From the NCBI RefSeq assembly GCF_001306055.1, contig NZ_LGHJ01000018.1:97943-129942 (forward strand): 32,000 bases of DNA, read 5' to 3'. Source of the DNA: Bellilinea caldifistulae (GTDB lineage: Bacteria; Chloroflexota; Anaerolineae; Anaerolineales; Anaerolineaceae). The position numbers were made by a program, and so were the translations under genes. Position 1 is the stretch's first letter. Every line of letters starts with the position of its first letter. Below the pieces are notes generated by a model. It saw only the letters and a list, made by a program, of their open reading frames with translations. It did not search any database and was not told where the DNA came from. Shown here one piece after another: positions 28,561 through 32,000 of this stretch.

Positions 28561-29424
28561 TCAAGGTGTGACGGTGGTTTCCGTCGGGGTTGGTTCGGGT
28601 GTGTCTGTCAAGGTAGGCACGGGAGTATCTGTTACCGTAGGTGTTGACGTTGAAGTGGAAGTAAAAGTTCCAGTGGGGGTTGTGGTAGGAGAGATGGTCG
28701 GTGGAATGGGAGTATTGGTATTGGACGGTACGGGAGTAAGAGTAACGGAAGGTAGAACAGGTTGAGTTGGCTCAGGCTTTTCGGGCGCATCGGTAAAGGT
28801 ACTGGTCGCCACATTTGGCACGTATAAGCGCTGGCCGGCTCGAATGAAATCACTCCAAAAACAGTTCGCCTGTTTCAATTCCCAAACAGAAACCCGATAG
28901 AGACCGCTCAAGCGGGTCAGGGTATCTCCCGGTTGAACGGTATAGCGAATCCAACCGCGCGGAGGAACGCACCTCGTTGGAGTTGGAGAAATCGTCAAGG
29001 AACGTGTTGGAAACAGGGTGGATGTAAAAGTGATCAACGGTGGCAGGAATATTTGAGTTCCCGGAATGCTGATTGCTGAGGACAGACAGTTGGCGGTGAG
29101 TAATTCCGCCAGTGAGATACCGTTTTGTTCAGCTAATTCTTCCAAATGATCACCGGATTGCACCAGGTAAGCCTGCCAACCCGGAGGCGGTGGACAGGTG
29201 GTTTGGGTGGCCGGCAGAGGCGTGTTGGATGCAAAGATTTCCGTTGGAGATGGGATTTGGCCAATGGGTGTGAGATTGGGCGGAGGCAAGGTGGGATAGG
29301 GTGTGGGGGTTGGGGGTGTTATTACCTGACCTTCTGATAGACTGGCAAGCAAAGCTCCAAGCACAATCAACCCAAGGGCTGCCGAGATGAGAATGGGAAG
29401 AAAACCGCGCCAGATTTGAGTCAT
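28561..29424 (-). CDS. Membrane-anchored protein with two LysM domains and Pro/Thr-rich linkers
   Basis: N-terminal TM helix. Two LysM repeats: YLVQSGDHLEELAEQNGISLAELLTANC and YTVQPGDTLTRLSGLYRVSVWELKQANC. The start codon directly abuts the kinase stop (TAAATG). Confidence 0.8.
   Translation of the reverse strand: MTQIWRGFLPILISAALGLIVLGALLASLSEGQVITPPTPTPYPTLPPPNLTPIGQIPSPTEIFASNTPLPATQTTCPPPPGWQAYLVQSGDHLEELAEQNGISLAELLTANCLSSAISIPGTQIFLPPLITFTSTLFPTRSLTISPTPTRCVPPRGWIRYTVQPGDTLTRLSGLYRVSVWELKQANCFWSDFIRAGQRLYVPNVATSTFTDAPEKPEPTQPVLPSVTLTPVPSNTNTPIPPTISPTTTPTGTFTSTSTSTPTVTDTPVPTLTDTPEPTPTETTVTP
28564..28743 (-). repeat. Low-complexity Pro/Thr-rich coding tract (C-terminal tail of the LysM protein)
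   Basis: The translation is TLTPVPSNTNTPIPPTISPTTTPTGTFTSTSTSTPTVTDTPVPTLTDTPEPTPTETTVTP. It also generates the Gly/Val-rich shadow ORF on the plus strand. Confidence 0.6.
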
Positions 29425-31782
29425 TTAAGGAACCAGGGTTTTTGTAGTGAAAGCCGGGGTCTTAACCGGTAACAGGATGCTGAAGGTGGAGGTTTTTTCT
29501 CCATCGCTTTCAACCCAAATTCTTCCACCGTGTGCTTCCACCAAAGTTTTCGCAATGGAAAGCCCTACACCGGAATCACCAACCCCGCGAATTGAGGGTG
29601 TACCATTTTTGATACGGCGGGAAAACACACGGGATAACTCATCAGCGGGAATTCCGCCACCCTCGTCCGTTATTTGAAACAGAACAAAGAGGGTGTTTCT
29701 TTCACCCTGTTCGACTTTTACTTTGAGGGTAATACTGCCTTCGGGGGGGGTTGCACTGCCGGCATTTTGGAGCAAATGGATGAGAACTTGATGGAGCGCA
29801 TCACGGTCGGCATAGAATGTGGGTAAATCCTGGGGAATGTCCATCAACAAGTTGATTTCTTTTTCACGTAGCAAATCGGACATGTCCGTGATGGCCTGAT
29901 CCAACAGTGTTTCAACATCAAGCGGCTGAGGCGCAAGTTCAATGGGACTGATATTAAAAACGGAGGTTTGCAGCAAATCATCCAGCAGGGACTGCATTCG
30001 ATCGGAAGAGGTGCGGATTCTTTCGAGGAATTTTCGTTGCTGGTTACTGAGGTTCCCCATTGATTCATTAATGAGCAAATCTGTATAACCAATTACGGAA
30101 GAGACCGGCTGTCGTAATTCTTGAATAATTGAAAGCACTGCTTCGGTATCTTTGATGTTGAGATTTGCATTTTGGCCGGGGGAAGATTGCATTTCAACAA
30201 TGCGCATATTGGCATTGGCGAGGGCGTTTTGCAGGCGGGCCACTTCTTCGAGGGCCTGTCTGAGTTCTTTTTCCAGATGTTCAACTTCAGATGACTGGTT
30301 GTTTTTCCCTTTCAGGTCTCTCAAAGCCTCCCGCAAGGTGCGGTTTTCGTTTTCGAGACGCTGAATCGTTTCTTGCGCTTCGCGCTGGATGGCCAGTAAA
30401 CCGGCAATCTCCAAAGCGGGATCGCTTGTGAGCGAGCCGTTGGCTTCTGGTGCGGGCGGCGGGTTCTCGATCCGTTCTGGTTTTAAGGTTTTGAGCTGCT
30501 CCTGAGTCATTTGCAACTGTTCCTGCAAGGATTGAACGGTTGTTGCAAGCTTTTCTTTTTGAGCAAATTGGAAAAACATTTCAGGAAGTTGCTCGCAAAT
30601 GGAATTCAGGAGAACCTGCTCTTCAACCGTCCATTCATGCTTTGAGTAAGGGGTAAACAGAAGGATTGCCCGCTTCCCCTCAGGATTATCAGGCATGGGC
30701 GACATTAACACATGGCCCGGTACAGCCAGCCCTACGGCTTTGGTGAGAGAAAGTAAATCCTGTAAGGGGGACTCGCTTTCGGCAATCAGTTTCAGGGATT
30801 TGCCTTTTTGCAAAGAGTTGGTCAGAAGCGGGCAGGTTTCTGCCTCGACCTGCAGAGGGGGGAGCGCCTCGTCACGGATGAGATCGTAACCCGATTCCAA
30901 ACGAATGGGACGGTATGGGTTTTCCTGACGGATGAGGAAAGTCAGATCCGACGAAAATGTCTTACCGATCGCAGCCGTAAGCAAAGCGGTGGCTTCGCGG
31001 GCTGAGCCGGCGGTTGTTAAACGTATCCACGGTAAGAAAAGTCGGCTTTCAGATGGCATGCTTCGGGAAGACTTCGTTTCCGCCCTGAGTTCCTGCTGTT
31101 GCTGCACAGCCGCAGAAAGCGGCAGTAAGGTTTTAACCAGAGATGGCAACAGGGGAAAGGCACATAGCATCGCCAGCCGCATGGTGGCAGAAAAATCAGC
31201 GGCTTCATTTGCCAGGTTAAACAGGCTGGCTAAGGCGCCGGCGAAGACGATCAAGAAAAAGGACGCGCCAATTTCCCAAGCCTTTTCTTTGCGGACAATC
31301 AAAAACAACAGAGAAAGACCGGTGATGAGGAGATTTACCAGCGACCAAATCCATTGAAATGGAAACGAAATTTGTGGATTGATCTGAAGGGAAATATCTA
31401 AAAACAAGAGAATGATAGCCAATAAACCAAAAGAAATCAAAACAACATCTGCCCTTCGATGGGACTTTGAAAAATTCCACATCCATGCAGTGATGGCTAA
31501 GGAAAAAAAGGTTATCGCCCGATCGAAAGGAAAGAGGATCACCGGGTTGGGGATGATTTTTTGCCAGACCAATGCGCTTATCAAGAAGAGCACAATTTGC
31601 CCCAACAAAAGAATGAGAAAGCCGGTGATTAACCGCCGGGCAATTGCTCGATTTTCAATGGGGTGAATCAAGGCAGTAGTTTGAAGGCCGGTGAGAATCG
31701 AAAATACCAGAATGAGATGAAAAATCAGGTTTCCCGGTGGTTGGGTTAGCAGGTTGAAAATTTGTGAGATCAGGGTATTCAT
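29425..31782 (-). CDS. Multi-TM sensor histidine-kinase homolog (HisKA-like + HATPase_c) with Gln in place of the phospho-acceptor His
   Basis: About 7-8 N-terminal TM helices, a central GAF-like region and a long coiled coil. H-box IIQELRQPVSSVIGYTDLL, where the consensus is SHELRTPL. Intact N box (LLQNAG), G1 (DEGGGIP), F box, and G2 (GDSGVGLSIAK...HGGRIWVES). Confidence 0.85.
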   Translation of the reverse strand: MNTLISQIFNLLTQPPGNLIFHLILVFSILTGLQTTALIHPIENRAIARRLITGFLILLLGQIVLFLISALVWQKIIPNPVILFPFDRAITFFSLAITAWMWNFSKSHRRADVVLISFGLLAIILLFLDISLQINPQISFPFQWIWSLVNLLITGLSLLFLIVRKEKAWEIGASFFLIVFAGALASLFNLANEAADFSATMRLAMLCAFPLLPSLVKTLLPLSAAVQQQQELRAETKSSRSMPSESRLFLPWIRLTTAGSAREATALLTAAIGKTFSSDLTFLIRQENPYRPIRLESGYDLIRDEALPPLQVEAETCPLLTNSLQKGKSLKLIAESESPLQDLLSLTKAVGLAVPGHVLMSPMPDNPEGKRAILLFTPYSKHEWTVEEQVLLNSICEQLPEMFFQFAQKEKLATTVQSLQEQLQMTQEQLKTLKPERIENPPPAPEANGSLTSDPALEIAGLLAIQREAQETIQRLENENRTLREALRDLKGKNNQSSEVEHLEKELRQALEEVARLQNALANANMRIVEMQSSPGQNANLNIKDTEAVLSIIQELRQPVSSVIGYTDLLINESMGNLSNQQRKFLERIRTSSDRMQSLLDDLLQTSVFNISPIELAPQPLDVETLLDQAITDMSDLLREKEINLLMDIPQDLPTFYADRDALHQVLIHLLQNAGSATPPEGSITLKVKVEQGERNTLFVLFQITDEGGGIPADELSRVFSRRIKNGTPSIRGVGDSGVGLSIAKTLVEAHGGRIWVESDGEKTSTFSILLPVKTPAFTTKTLVP

Positions 31783-31803
31783 GGGAGGGATTATTCAGAA
31801 GAG

Positions 31804-31832
31804 ATTATAGCATGGTCGGTTTTTTGAGACAA
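31804..31832 (-). promoter_or_regulatory. Candidate promoter TTGTCT-17 nt-(TGc)TATAAT for the kinase operon
   Basis: On the minus strand, -35 TTGTCT is at 31832-31827, the spacer is 17 nt, and the extended -10 TGCTATAAT is at 31812-31804. The ATG at 31782 is 21 nt downstream of the hexamer, and no SD is evident. Confidence 0.55.
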
Positions 31833-32000
31833 TTTGGCTTTGGATGCAATTGTTTTCCTGACCTGAGGGGTATGAGAGAGTTGAAAAATCAAGCGTAATA
31901 CGCCGAGCAGACTGTTTGAGGGGTGGAAAAGCCGCACTCGATGGGGTATCCACCCTAAAACAAAGGGGCTGTGTATCTTGATTTGACCTCTTCACCTCCA

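Noticed and set aside
28499-28765. An 88-aa Gly/Val-rich plus-strand ORF (and 28336..28647)
   Set aside because: It is the reverse-complement shadow of the Pro/Thr-rich linker codons of the LysM and LCP genes. Both of those genes have clear domains, starts and SDs.
31795-31995. A 66-aa minus-strand ORF upstream of the kinase
   Set aside because: It overlaps the kinase promoter elements, has no recognisable motifs or SD, and ends only 12 nt before the kinase ATG. It is most likely non-coding.

Overview
The window is a gene-dense, mostly housekeeping chromosomal segment. The protein sequences look Chloroflexota/Anaerolineae-like, but that is inference only. Recognisable genes are livG (5' truncated), livF, RNase P RNA (minus strand, mis-called as two ORFs in the track), tpiA, moaA, upp, ruvB, queA, a cyclophilin, a family-5-like uracil-DNA glycosylase, eno, pyrG, an S1-domain protein, an S41 C-terminal protease, mutL, a sirtuin, tilS, an LCP protein, a LysM protein and a large sensor kinase. 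I saw no CRISPR array, tRNA, rRNA or obvious mobile element. The main findings are: (1) an AhpC/TSA-type peroxiredoxin-like gene split by one in-frame TGA exactly at the redox-Cys position (UxxC), with a SECIS-like hairpin downstream, so a candidate selenoprotein. It lies in a tightly coupled 5-gene operon with three membrane-anchored alpha/beta hydrolases and an SDR. (2) A 785-aa histidine kinase whose H-box histidine is Gln, at the head of a kinase-LysM-LCP envelope operon. (3) A XerC/D-like protein that appears to lack the catalytic Tyr and other active-site residues. (4) A receiver plus CpaE/TadZ-like ATPase fusion translationally coupled (ATGA) to the sirtuin. (5) Several -10 elements placed so that transcription should start on the start codon, giving leaderless mRNAs. 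All coordinates were derived by hand from the sequence. No database searches or folding calculations were run.
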